64,000 nt of DNA from Halobacteriovoraceae bacterium (GTDB taxonomy: Bacteria; Bdellovibrionota; Bacteriovoracia; Bacteriovoracales; Bacteriovoracaceae), in contig CAVRCF010000004.1 of the NCBI GenBank assembly GCA_963719505.1, positions 96,001-160,000 on the forward strand, written 5' to 3'. Positions 1 through 9,057 of the stretch are shown here, piece after piece. Position 1 is the stretch's first letter, and each line of letters begins with the position of its first letter. The position numbers were made by a program, and so were the translations under genes. Below the pieces are notes generated by a model that was not told the DNA's origin, ran no database searches, and worked only from the letters and a program-made list of their open reading frames with translations.

Positions 1-16
1 TCACTAAGGATTTGTT

Positions 17-853
17 TTGTTATTAAAGTTGTTTTGCGTTGCACTGTTAGCCTTTCCTGTTTACTCACAAGTTTCGAGAAATTTTAATAAATCTTCACAG
101 CCTAGGTTTGAAGGTGGTGTGGGCGCCATTGGTTTAAATATTCCAAACTACCCGGGAGCTGGCTCAAACACTGTTCGTTATATTCCTTTTCCTTGGATTA
201 TTTATCGAAGCGATTTTCTTCATTCTGATGAAGAAGGGACGCGGGCAAAACTTATTCAATCTGAAAACTTTGAACTGGGACTCAGTGGTGGATTAAACTT
301 TCCAATTGATTCGAATGCCAATTCCTCAAGAGAGGGAATGCCAGATACTGATATCCTGATTGGAGTTGGGCCAGCCCTCATCTATAGGATTGTAGAAGGG
401 CACGATACGCATAAACTGACAGCTGGTTTAGGATTAAGGTTAAACCTCTCAATTGATGATCAGTGGGGATTAACACACCAAGGCTGGATTGTTGAACCAA
501 ACCTTAGGTATTGGGCCACACTTACTGATAGCATTACTCTCTTTACAGGTTTAAGTTTTGCTTATGCCGATAAGAAATACAATCGTTTCTTCTACGAAGT
601 TCCAGTGGAGTTTGCAACCTCTTCGAGAGAGGCCTATTCCGCTCAAGAAGGAACAGTAGATATCGCTGGATCCTTGGGTTTCTCTTACGACTACTCCAGT
701 AAACTTGCTTTTTTTGCAGGCCAGTTCTACAGCAACCTCTCTACAGCATCGAATAAAGATTCACCCCTAGTCGAGAATATTCATAACAGTGGATACATCG
801 TGGGTTTTAGATGGCAATTTTTTGAATCAGACGAAATGATAAAAAGAAAATAA
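17..853 (+). CDS. MipA/OmpV family outer-membrane beta-barrel protein
   Basis: Signal peptide; P-x-Y-P-G-A motif, REGMPD-x-D motif, alternating beta-strand pattern with aromatic residues near the C-terminus. Confidence 0.8.
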   Translation: MLLKLFCVALLAFPVYSQVSRNFNKSSQPRFEGGVGAIGLNIPNYPGAGSNTVRYIPFPWIIYRSDFLHSDEEGTRAKLIQSENFELGLSGGLNFPIDSNANSSREGMPDTDILIGVGPALIYRIVEGHDTHKLTAGLGLRLNLSIDDQWGLTHQGWIVEPNLRYWATLTDSITLFTGLSFAYADKKYNRFFYEVPVEFATSSREAYSAQEGTVDIAGSLGFSYDYSSKLAFFAGQFYSNLSTASNKDSPLVENIHNSGYIVGFRWQFFESDEMIKRK

Positions 854-946
854 AAATCTCTTTCCTGACTTTTTGACTCTGCTATTGCCCCCTTATTTTG
901 TCTTACATTGACTAGAAAGATCGATTTCTTTGATCTAGCATTAGCT

Positions 947-1615
947 ATGAAAATTTTTATCCTACTTCTGTTGTGTTCTTTTAGTTCAGCCCTTTACGCT
1001 AATACCTGTTGTATTTGTCAAACGGGCGCCAAACCTGAAAATCAAACCCATTGGTTTAAAAAAGGTTGTCATGCTTGGTTATCTAAACAAAAGTCTTGCA
1101 CCAGTAAGAAGATTGTCGGCATTGAAAAAGATTCGATTATTGAAAGTGCGGCCAGCTGTGAAGATGGAAAAGTTAAACTTGGTTATGTTGGCCACTGGGG
1201 AAACTCTAATGAGTTGATTAATTTTATCGAAAACTCCTTGGCCCCCACCATTAAGTATTACAATGTCGAAGTTGATTACGATCAAACGGCTTGTACCTCT
1301 ATGAATAAGCCTCGTGTTATTGAGAGATTCTTCAAGACACTCAACTTGAATCGAAAACTGACAATTAAAGGCAATCAAGTTACAAGCACAGGTATCTGGG
1401 ACGATTATCTTCCACATAAAACAAATTTTTGGGCAAAGATTGATAGCGAAGAAAAAAAGATTGAGTTTCCAAGTTGCTCAGAATTTGAAAATAAGACCTG
1501 TTTTGGAAAATATCAAAAAAATGAATTCGGTAAATGTGTTGAAAGTGGCTCAATCGTAAAGCTATTTTGCGAAAAGGTTAGCTTTACAACTTATAAGTGG
1601 AAAAGAGATGAATAA
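947..1615 (+). CDS. Secreted cysteine-rich hypothetical protein
   Basis: ATG at 947 gives a signal peptide (MKIFILLLLCSFSSALYA); CCIC motif and ~11 Cys in the mature part; overlaps the next gene. Confidence 0.6.
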   Translation: MKIFILLLLCSFSSALYANTCCICQTGAKPENQTHWFKKGCHAWLSKQKSCTSKKIVGIEKDSIIESAASCEDGKVKLGYVGHWGNSNELINFIENSLAPTIKYYNVEVDYDQTACTSMNKPRVIERFFKTLNLNRKLTIKGNQVTSTGIWDDYLPHKTNFWAKIDSEEKKIEFPSCSEFENKTCFGKYQKNEFGKCVESGSIVKLFCEKVSFTTYKWKRDE

Positions 1616-3011
1616 ATTAATTGTCGGGTTACTTTTATTAAATATGAGTTTTGCCTCAGACCGTCTTCAGCGCTCTGAAACTGCGAAAACAGAACTTGAA
1701 AATTTAAATTTCTTTACCAAGGGTAGAGGGATGGTGATATCTCCTGATTTAATCAACATGTATGAAATTCTAAAAAAGACTGGCATAGGCTTAAGCACTA
1801 ATGGAATTTTAAATAAGCGTTGGGGATTGAATTTATTAGATAAAGAAGTAAAAGGACTTTTTAATATACCTTATAAAAATATGAATATGGGCGTTCTGGG
1901 ATGTGTGGCCTGTCACTCTGGAAGAGCAGCTGGTCAATGGATTATAGGTTTAGGTAACAAAAATATTGATGTTGGGCAGGTTGGTAAAGATGCCTATTTG
2001 GCCGAACTTATTTGGGGAATGGCACCAAGGCCTTCTAAACCAGAGTTTAGAGAAATTCACAACAGAGCACTGGCCTTCACGAAAATTTTAAAAAATGATA
2101 ATATTAATAATCTCACTCAAGGGCTTGTTCCAACCTCTTTGGTGAAAACTTGGTTTTATGAAATAAATGATGTTGAGATACCAAAACGATTTGGTAGGGG
2201 ACAAGTAAAAGTTCCCCATCTTTGGGGCTATGGAGAAAAAAGAAAAAGTGGCTCCTTTTGGGATGGTTTTGCCGATGGAGTCTATCCGGGCTGGGCCGTT
2301 GCCGTTGAGCTTAGAGGTGGTCAGTCTGTTGAAAACGTTAGAGGCTACGTAGATAAAGTTCATCATGCTGAAGATCTATTAGGCGACCTTCTTCCTCCTC
2401 GCTATCCCTTTGAGATCGATCAAGCTAGTGCCGCGAGAGGTTCAAAGACTTTTAATAAGTTTTGCATAAAATGTCACGGTGAACACGTAAGGGATGAGAA
2501 CGATCTACCTATTTTCAAAGAGTCAAAAGTGATTCCATGGAAGTATGTAAAAACTGATTATGAGAGGCTTGAATTTGTGACTGATGAGTTCTTGAGTTTA
2601 ATTGATAGCTCGCCCCTAAATGATCTTATGAAGTATAAAGACCGTGAAGGGAAAGGCTATGTCGCTCCAAGGCTTTGGGGTGTGTGGTCAAGGTTTCCCT
2701 ATCTCCACAATGGTTCAGTGCCTACTGTAAGAGACCTTTTAAGTTTACCAAAAGATAGACCAATTGTTTTCAATTTGCATAGAGCTGGAGAGTTGGATCG
2801 TTACGACCGTGAAAAATTTGGATTAATAGTTAATAGAGATCCCAATTCAAAGTCCTATAAAAAAATGCTTCGCGCGGCGAAACGAGGAAAGAGAAGTCTT
2901 TATTTTACTGAGAGAATGGGCCATGGCAATCAAGGTCATGCTTTTGAATTTTATAAAGAGTTAACGGAAGGTGATAAAGATGATCTGATAGAGCATCTCA
3001 AAACCTTATGA
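1608..3011 (+). CDS. Secreted di-heme c-type cytochrome, RoxA/MauG/cytochrome c peroxidase superfamily
   Basis: Two CxxCH motifs (CVACH, CIKCH); GYVAPRLWGVW...PYLHNGSVPT and GNQGH motifs typical of RoxA-like proteins; signal peptide. Confidence 0.8.
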   Translation: MNKLIVGLLLLNMSFASDRLQRSETAKTELENLNFFTKGRGMVISPDLINMYEILKKTGIGLSTNGILNKRWGLNLLDKEVKGLFNIPYKNMNMGVLGCVACHSGRAAGQWIIGLGNKNIDVGQVGKDAYLAELIWGMAPRPSKPEFREIHNRALAFTKILKNDNINNLTQGLVPTSLVKTWFYEINDVEIPKRFGRGQVKVPHLWGYGEKRKSGSFWDGFADGVYPGWAVAVELRGGQSVENVRGYVDKVHHAEDLLGDLLPPRYPFEIDQASAARGSKTFNKFCIKCHGEHVRDENDLPIFKESKVIPWKYVKTDYERLEFVTDEFLSLIDSSPLNDLMKYKDREGKGYVAPRLWGVWSRFPYLHNGSVPTVRDLLSLPKDRPIVFNLHRAGELDRYDREKFGLIVNRDPNSKSYKKMLRAAKRGKRSLYFTERMGHGNQGHAFEFYKELTEGDKDDLIEHLKTL

Positions 3012-4096
3012 CCCAAAAACACTACCTTCATAAACTGGATTCTCTCAGAGGTATTGCGGCCTTTATGGTCGTTATTCTTCACTTCCAAGACTATCTCGCT
3101 CCGATTATAAATGAACTTCTGCTCAAAGTGACTCCCTTTATACATAGATCCTACATCTTAGTTGATATGTTTTTCATTCTCTCCGGGTTTGTCATGAGCT
3201 ATACGTATCATGAAAAATTCAAAGACGGTGTTAACCTTTCTAAATATAAAAAATTTATGCTTAAAAGGTTTTTCAAGTTATACCCTCTTCACATCGCAAC
3301 ATTTTTGTTTCTTGTTATTTTCCATCGTTTCTTTTTACCATTTTTTGATATCCCACCAAGTGATTTTGTTTTAAATCGAAACAATTTTCATATTTTGACA
3401 AATCTTACACTTTTGCAATCATCTGGTATTGGGTGGGGGGATTGTTTTAATTGTTCAAGCTGGAACTATCCTTCGTGGTCCATTTCTGTTGAGTGGATTA
3501 GCTATTTCTTCATTCCCTTATTGATGTGGATTTTTCGCCGAAATAAATTTTTAAGTTTTGGTCTGGTCTCCGTTTTGTATCTAGCTTTTTATTTTCTTGT
3601 CGAAGTTCCCATCGGAAATACAGATGTCCTAACACTAAGAGGTATTGTCAGATGTTTAATTGGTATGGCTTTTGGTATAAGTATTTTTTACCACGCTTAT
3701 AAAAAGTTCGAAGTAAAGAATGCTTTATTCTATCTCTCATTTTTTGTAGCCTTTCTCTCTTTGCACTTTGTTCCCATTGATACAATTTGTATTGTTTTGA
3801 TGGGTATAATGCTGATGCTAACTTCCAATCTTAAAGAAAGTAATTTTTTGGATTCTAAAGTCCTTCTATGGCTTGGTAAGAGATCTTTTTCCATCTATAT
3901 GGTTCATGTCTTAGTTCAAGACTCAGTCGACTTTGCCATTAGATTTGTCTTTGATAGAAGTCTTTATGACGCCAGCGCATGGCTGCAAATAATTGTTTTT
4001 TTAGGGGCCATTTGCCTCGTCTTTCTAGTCGCCGAGATAAGTTATAAACTGATAGAAAAACGACTTAATTCGTTCTTAAGAAGTAAGTTTTTGTAA
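3008..4096 (+). CDS. Acyltransferase 3 (OafA-like) membrane O-acyltransferase
   Basis: LDSLRGIAAFMVVILH, VDMFFILSGFV, KRFFKLYPLH, WSISVEW motifs; ~10 TM helices; ATGA overlap with upstream gene. Confidence 0.9.
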   Translation: MTQKHYLHKLDSLRGIAAFMVVILHFQDYLAPIINELLLKVTPFIHRSYILVDMFFILSGFVMSYTYHEKFKDGVNLSKYKKFMLKRFFKLYPLHIATFLFLVIFHRFFLPFFDIPPSDFVLNRNNFHILTNLTLLQSSGIGWGDCFNCSSWNYPSWSISVEWISYFFIPLLMWIFRRNKFLSFGLVSVLYLAFYFLVEVPIGNTDVLTLRGIVRCLIGMAFGISIFYHAYKKFEVKNALFYLSFFVAFLSLHFVPIDTICIVLMGIMLMLTSNLKESNFLDSKVLLWLGKRSFSIYMVHVLVQDSVDFAIRFVFDRSLYDASAWLQIIVFLGAICLVFLVAEISYKLIEKRLNSFLRSKFL

Positions 4097-4201
4097 AAAA
4101 ATTTAGACATCTTTGTTTCTTTACATTTTTTGAGTCTTTGGTCATTATTTATTTATGCTCGAAAAATGAGCAGACAAATTTTTATGAACAAGGAACAGAT
4201 T

Positions 4202-4396
4202 ATGAGTACAGGTACAGTAAAATTTTTTAATGAAACGAAAGGTTTTGGTTTCATCACACAAGACGACAATGGAGAGGACCTTTTTGTTCACATCTCAGCA
4301 ATTGAAAGCGGAGAACTTCGTGAGAATGATAAGGTTGAGTACGAAGTTGGAGAGGGAAGGAAAGGTCCTTGTGCTGTAAATGTAAAAAAGCTTTAA
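4202..4396 (+). CDS. csp: Cold-shock protein (CspA family)
   Basis: [15 protein letters not shown] (RNP1) and DLFVHISAI (RNP2); start at ATG 4202 gives 64 aa. Confidence 0.95.
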   Translation: MSTGTVKFFNETKGFGFITQDDNGEDLFVHISAIESGELRENDKVEYEVGEGRKGPCAVNVKKL

Positions 4397-4414
4397 ATAT
4401 TTTTTATATTGGAG

Positions 4415-4440
4415 AAGGAAGCTAGTAGGCTTCCTTTTTT
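4415..4440 (+). terminator. Intrinsic terminator after csp, overlapping the rhomboid stop codon
   Basis: aaggaagc-tagtag-gcttcctt running into a T-tract. Confidence 0.7.
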
Positions 4441-5108
4441 ATTTCGATCTCTTCAAGCTCTTCACTAATTTTATATTCCCATTTTTTATATGCAGGTAAT
4501 CTTTTTCTAAAAAATGGATAAACCATAAGTCCCGTAAAAACACCTATAAAAAATCCGATATAGTGAGCTAAATAGCTTGTCGTGGGTGAGTAGCTAGTAG
4601 GAACAAGTAAAATAAAAAAAATGGCCAAAACTTTTACCAGTCTTCTTGCAAAGCTAATAGTCTCATCAATAAATAGGTAGAGAACAAACCAAAAACCCCA
4701 AAGATAGTAGATGACGCCAGATATGCCAACAAGTGTTGTGTTGTCTTTAAAAGTATAGAGGACGCAAAGGTTAATAAACGCACCCATGACAAGACTTAAA
4801 GGAATTGAGACAAAATATCCATAAAAAGATGAAACAAAATATGTGAGAAATAAAAGCATGAGACTATTACTCAGAAGGTGTTCAATATCACCATGAGCGA
4901 AGAGGGTTGTAAAAAGTCTCCAATACTCCTTCGCCTTAAAAATATTTTCTGGATTGGCGCCAATCAATTTTGATAATTGAAAATCATCATTCCAATAGAA
5001 GAGACTTGTAATAATACAGGCCGAAAGAAAGAAAGCTGAAACAACCAGACCGAAGTTATACTTTTTTTTACTGAGATATGTGTCAACAAGTTTTGATTCA
5101 ATTATCAT
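4422..5108 (-). CDS. Rhomboid family intramembrane serine protease
   Basis: YWRLFTTLFAH, HLLSN, catalytic GISG and AHYIG motifs; 6 TM. Confidence 0.9.
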   Translation of the reverse strand: MIIESKLVDTYLSKKKYNFGLVVSAFFLSACIITSLFYWNDDFQLSKLIGANPENIFKAKEYWRLFTTLFAHGDIEHLLSNSLMLLFLTYFVSSFYGYFVSIPLSLVMGAFINLCVLYTFKDNTTLVGISGVIYYLWGFWFVLYLFIDETISFARRLVKVLAIFFILLVPTSYSPTTSYLAHYIGFFIGVFTGLMVYPFFRKRLPAYKKWEYKISEELEEIEIKKEAY

Positions 5109-5366
5109 GTTAAGAATATGAGGTTGAAAAGATTTTTGTCAACCTTCAGCCCCTTTGCCAATATATCATTTTAGAGACATTGAATTCACAGATAAACGTT
5201 CGATAGGGACAAAGAAAACAAAACCCTTATGATCTTTTATCCTTATATTTCAAGTATTTGAGGGAGTCTCAAAGGACTTAAATTTCTCTGAGAGAGTCTA
5301 TGTAAATTATTTATAGAGGTTTGATTTTGGGTGGTCAGTTGATTTTGGTTGTGCTACGTTGCGCAA

Positions 5367-5858
5367 ATGAAAACTATAGATACAAAAACTCCAAAAAAGA
5401 AGAATCCTGCACCTATTGATCCAGGGGCCCATAACTTTGGCCGCCTAAGTCGTGAGGATAGGTTTACCACTGTTTATATTGGCAATATGTCTTATGAAAA
5501 AGATGAGTTTGAGATTAAAAAGCTTTTTTCAACCTACGGAAAAGTAACTTATGTAAGGCTTGTTAAAGATCAAAAAACCAGTAGAAGTAAAGGGTTTGCT
5601 TTTGTTCAAATGCCTACTGAAAAGGATGCTCTCTATGCTATCGAGAGGCTAAATGGATCGAAGATGGATGGCAGAACTTTAAAAGTTTCTGTAGCCGTTG
5701 AGAACGATACGATTATTAAAACAAGAAATGGTGAACCTACAAGTGGCCCTATCAAAAGAGTTAAAGGTGAAGATGCTCCTGAGGTTGAAGCACCAAGAAA
5801 CAGAAGAAGAGATAAGAAAAAAGGCCTTGACCTTTTATTCGAAAATACTAGATCTTAA
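5367..5858 (+). CDS. RRM (RNP-1) RNA-binding protein with basic C-terminal extension
   Basis: VYIGNM (RNP2), SKGFAFVQM (RNP1), LNGSKMDGRTLKVSVA. Confidence 0.9.
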   Translation: MKTIDTKTPKKKNPAPIDPGAHNFGRLSREDRFTTVYIGNMSYEKDEFEIKKLFSTYGKVTYVRLVKDQKTSRSKGFAFVQMPTEKDALYAIERLNGSKMDGRTLKVSVAVENDTIIKTRNGEPTSGPIKRVKGEDAPEVEAPRNRRRDKKKGLDLLFENTRS

Positions 5859-6849
5859 TTGCAAGTCCAAAAACTGGAATAGTAAATAGCCTCTCATTGA
5901 GGCTATTTTTTTTGATTTCTTTCTTTAAAAAGGTTTTTGGATCATTGTAACCCTCGTCGGTAAGTTTAAAAGTTCCAAAATGAATTCCTATCATCGTCTT
6001 TGTTTCCAGATCTTTGAAAGCTTCAATAGCATCAGCAGGATTCATATGGGCAGCTTTCATAAACCATCTTGGCTCGTAGGCGCCAATAGGTAAAAGAGAG
6101 ACATCTGGCGCCCCTAATTTTTCTTTGATCATTTTAAAAAATGATCCATAGCCCGTGTCTCCAGCGAAATAAATTGATCTTGATCCTTTTAGATAAAATC
6201 CTCCCCAAAGCATTTCTCTTCTATCGAAGAGTCCTCTGGCAGACCAGTGCTGAGCCGGAACAAAAGTAATTTTTAGATTTCCTTGTGAGACCTCTTGCCA
6301 CCAGTCTAAGTCTTGAGCTTTTTCGATTCCTTGTTCAGCTAAAAAATCTTTGGTTTCTAGCCCGGCTAAAATCTTTGGTTTATGCTTTTTTGCGATGATC
6401 CTTAAACTATCAAGGTCGAGATGATCATAGTGGTTGTGAGAAATAAGGACGATATCTATTAGTGGAAGGTCATCTATTGCAATTCCAGGTTTTACGACTC
6501 TCTTTGGTCCAATAAAGCTAAAAGGGGAGGCCCTTTGTGAAAAATGAGGATCAGTAAGAATATTGATATTATCGATCTGGATGAGAGCGGTTGCATGATT
6601 GATTACGGTGATCACAAGCTCATTAGATCTTTCAAAAAGTGGCTTATATTGTTTTGACTCTACTTGATCTGGCCACGGGACTGAGTTTTCTATCCCTCGA
6701 ATTTTCCACTCCAAAAGTTTAAAAAGACTTTTATCGGCAAAAGGCTCAATATTTTGGAATTGGTCTCCAATTCTTTTAGCCCCTTGATTTGCGCTCCAGG
6801 CAAGTGAGTTCACGTAAATAAGGGAAATTATTAGTAAAAGTATATTCAT
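5848..6849 (-). CDS. MBL-fold metallo-hydrolase (NAPE-PLD/RomA-like)
   Basis: SHNHYDHLD, PAQHWSAR, YFAGDTGY, LPIGAYEPRWFM, IHFGTF motifs. Confidence 0.9.
   Translation of the reverse strand: MNILLLIISLIYVNSLAWSANQGAKRIGDQFQNIEPFADKSLFKLLEWKIRGIENSVPWPDQVESKQYKPLFERSNELVITVINHATALIQIDNINILTDPHFSQRASPFSFIGPKRVVKPGIAIDDLPLIDIVLISHNHYDHLDLDSLRIIAKKHKPKILAGLETKDFLAEQGIEKAQDLDWWQEVSQGNLKITFVPAQHWSARGLFDRREMLWGGFYLKGSRSIYFAGDTGYGSFFKMIKEKLGAPDVSLLPIGAYEPRWFMKAAHMNPADAIEAFKDLETKTMIGIHFGTFKLTDEGYNDPKTFLKKEIKKNSLNERLFTIPVFGLAIKI
5884..5913 (+). terminator. Intrinsic terminator of the RRM gene, inside the convergent MBL CDS
   Basis: aaatagcctc-tcatt-gaggctattt followed by further T's. Confidence 0.7.
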
Positions 6850-6890
6850 CAGTAGTCCTTTTTAGAGTATAATATGCCCTTGGAGGCACT

Positions 6891-7442
6891 ATGAAAAAGG
6901 TATTTCTTTTCATCATTCTATTATCAAATGCTTATTCAGCCCAGATTGAATGGCCTAAAAACAATGCTGTCGCGTATATCGCGCAAAAGACCATGTTTTT
7001 TTTCAAAGATGTTACCGTCATAGGTATAAATTCAAATATAGCCTTTAGTAAAGCCACTTTAAATGAAGGAATCATTTTGACAATGAGTATTCCAATCGCT
7101 GACTTTAAAAGCGGCGATGAGGATAGAGATGAGGAAGTGAGAGAGATTTTAAAGGTCAAAAAGAGTAAGTTCTTAATTTTTCGCTCAGTCAAAATGAGTA
7201 AAAAAGATTATCAACAAATGCTTGAAGGCGATCCCTTTTATGTCGATGGACTATTGGCGATTGGAGACAAGAATTTTCAAGTTAAATTTAGAAGTCTAAG
7301 AGAAGATCAACATATGTTATTTGACTTTGAAACGACATTTAGTAACTTTGATATAGAACCTCCAAGTGTGGCTTTTGGAGCAGTTGCTAAAGCCAAAGAT
7401 TACCTTGTACTGAAAGCAAAAATTAATATCAATGACTTCTAA
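6891..7442 (+). CDS. YceI-like periplasmic lipid/polyisoprenoid-binding protein
   Basis: Signal peptide; F-K-S-G-D-E-D-R-D motif and FDIEPP motif typical of YceI. Confidence 0.7.
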   Translation: MKKVFLFIILLSNAYSAQIEWPKNNAVAYIAQKTMFFFKDVTVIGINSNIAFSKATLNEGIILTMSIPIADFKSGDEDRDEEVREILKVKKSKFLIFRSVKMSKKDYQQMLEGDPFYVDGLLAIGDKNFQVKFRSLREDQHMLFDFETTFSNFDIEPPSVAFGAVAKAKDYLVLKAKININDF

Positions 7443-7451
7443 AGGATGCAT

Positions 7452-7628
7452 ATGTTTGGCTTATTTAAAAAGAACCCGTTGAAAGACCTAGAAAAGCAAT
7501 ATGCGAAAAAGCTTGAGGAAGCTATGAACGCCCAAAGAAATGGTAAAATGGACGTCTATGCCAAGCTTTCCACAGAAGCGGAAGAAATTGGAAAGAAAAT
7601 GGATGAGCTAAAACTGTCTAAAAATTAG
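7452..7628 (+). CDS. Small helical protein (DUF6435/Lacal_2735-like)
   Basis: MFGLFKKNPLKDLEKQYAKKLEEAMNAQRNG pattern. Confidence 0.7.
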   Translation: MFGLFKKNPLKDLEKQYAKKLEEAMNAQRNGKMDVYAKLSTEAEEIGKKMDELKLSKN

Positions 7629-7645
7629 ACGTATCCCTGTAAAAT

Positions 7646-8970
7646 TGTTGTTTCTGGGCAATTATGTCCGGTTAATTTCTGAGCGATTATGTCCTATCAG
7701 ACTTTAAGCGCTTTTTCTGTGTTTCGACTTATCACCATAGTCACTTAATCTTTTCCTATTACTAACTTTACATTGAACTTTTCTGCCCATCACATCGAAG
7801 CTGTAGCTTCCATCAAGGTGAATATTTATATTGATTTCTCGTCCATAGAAACACCTTTTTTCATCCAACACCCAAGTCACATTCTCCCAACTAAATACAT
7901 TTCCAACCATAATTTTTCGCCTAATCTTTTTACAAAATATAATATCTAGGTCTCCAAAAACATTTTTTCTCCAGGCTTTTTCTTCTTCTTCTTCGGCTTT
8001 GACTGAGAATTGAAAATTGTATGCAGGAATAAAAATCTCTTTTAAGTAATAATTGGCTTCTTCAATATTTGTTATGTGATTAAATTCTAACTCCGCTACC
8101 AGTCTGTCTTGGAATGTTCTCCAGAGTCTCTCTATTCTTCCCTTTGCTTGAGAAGAACCTGCTAAGATTAATTGAATTCCTGTTTGATCAAATGCTCTCG
8201 AAATTTGTGATTCCCACTCGCGCTCTTTCTTACCATAAATACCTGCTTGGTCCATATAGAAACTTTCTGGCAATCCATAGTTATCAACGATCTCCCTAAT
8301 CACCTTCAGAGAGTTATTTGACGTCTCTCCATAGAAAAATTCAGCACCAACAACAATCCCGGTAGCATCATCAATTCCTCCAATCAAATCAGTTCTTTCA
8401 TCACCGAACCAAGTATGATCACTTCCATCAAACTGAATCATCATCCCTTCTTTTGGAAGTCTTGCTCTTGGTTTATGGCACCGTCTTCCTCTTCGTTTAG
8501 GATGTTTTACAAGACCATGTTTCCTAGCAATTGAGTGAAGTGCATCTTTTTTGATTTTAATTTCCTCATACTCTTCTATCTTTTCTCGAAAATGAGTTAG
8601 ATTAAAGTTTCGATATTGATTTTTTAGAAGAGAGACTATTTTTTCTTCAACTTCGAATGGAGTTTTATTGTGAGGAGTTCGATTAATGTTTCCATGTAAG
8701 ACACCAATCGAACCCTTGGCCTTAACTTTATTGATAATTCTCTGAGATTGTCGATACGATTTTCCAATCTGTTCAGAGAAGGAAATTATAGTTAACTTAC
8801 CTTCAATAACATCCATGGCCAGGCGATACTGCTTCAATTCTTTTTGTGACATAGTGACTTTTCCCATTCAATTCCCCTAATAACTGATTGGAATCAGGGT
8901 ACATAAATATTATTGAATAGGACATAATCGCTGAGAAATAAGGATAGGACATAATCGTCTAGTTTCTATA
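7646..8970 (-). mobile_element. IS1202-family insertion sequence (ISTde1-like, long TSD), 1325 bp
   Basis: Ends TGT.../...ATA; each end carries two copies of ATTATGTCC in inverted orientation; flanked by a 16-bp direct repeat CGTATCCCTGTAAAAT (7630-7645, 8971-8986). Confidence 0.88.
7704..8867 (-). CDS. DDE transposase, IS1202 (formerly ISNCY) family
   Basis: N-terminal HTH; GMMIQFDGSDHTW, IDDATG, FYMDQAG, SQAKGRIERLWRTFQDRL catalytic motifs. Confidence 0.92.
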   Translation of the reverse strand: MGKVTMSQKELKQYRLAMDVIEGKLTIISFSEQIGKSYRQSQRIINKVKAKGSIGVLHGNINRTPHNKTPFEVEEKIVSLLKNQYRNFNLTHFREKIEEYEEIKIKKDALHSIARKHGLVKHPKRRGRRCHKPRARLPKEGMMIQFDGSDHTWFGDERTDLIGGIDDATGIVVGAEFFYGETSNNSLKVIREIVDNYGLPESFYMDQAGIYGKKEREWESQISRAFDQTGIQLILAGSSQAKGRIERLWRTFQDRLVAELEFNHITNIEEANYYLKEIFIPAYNFQFSVKAEEEEEKAWRKNVFGDLDIIFCKKIRRKIMVGNVFSWENVTWVLDEKRCFYGREININIHLDGSYSFDVMGRKVQCKVSNRKRLSDYGDKSKHRKSA

Positions 8971-9057
8971 CGTATCCCTGTAAAATTAATTTCTAAGACC
9001 AAGTCATTTAAAAACTGAGTTACTCTCTAGGGAAATAATATTTCTTGGAGAATACCT

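Noticed and set aside
5109-5366. Long intergenic regions (also 20037-20244 and 58360-58517) examined for riboswitches
   Set aside because: No c-di-GMP, cobalamin, TPP, SAM or other aptamer consensus recognised by eye
7600-9020. XerC/D (dif-like) site next to the IS1202-family element
   Set aside because: No dif-like 11-6-11 sequence seen in either flank; the 16-bp TSD fits the subgroup that does not target xrs sites
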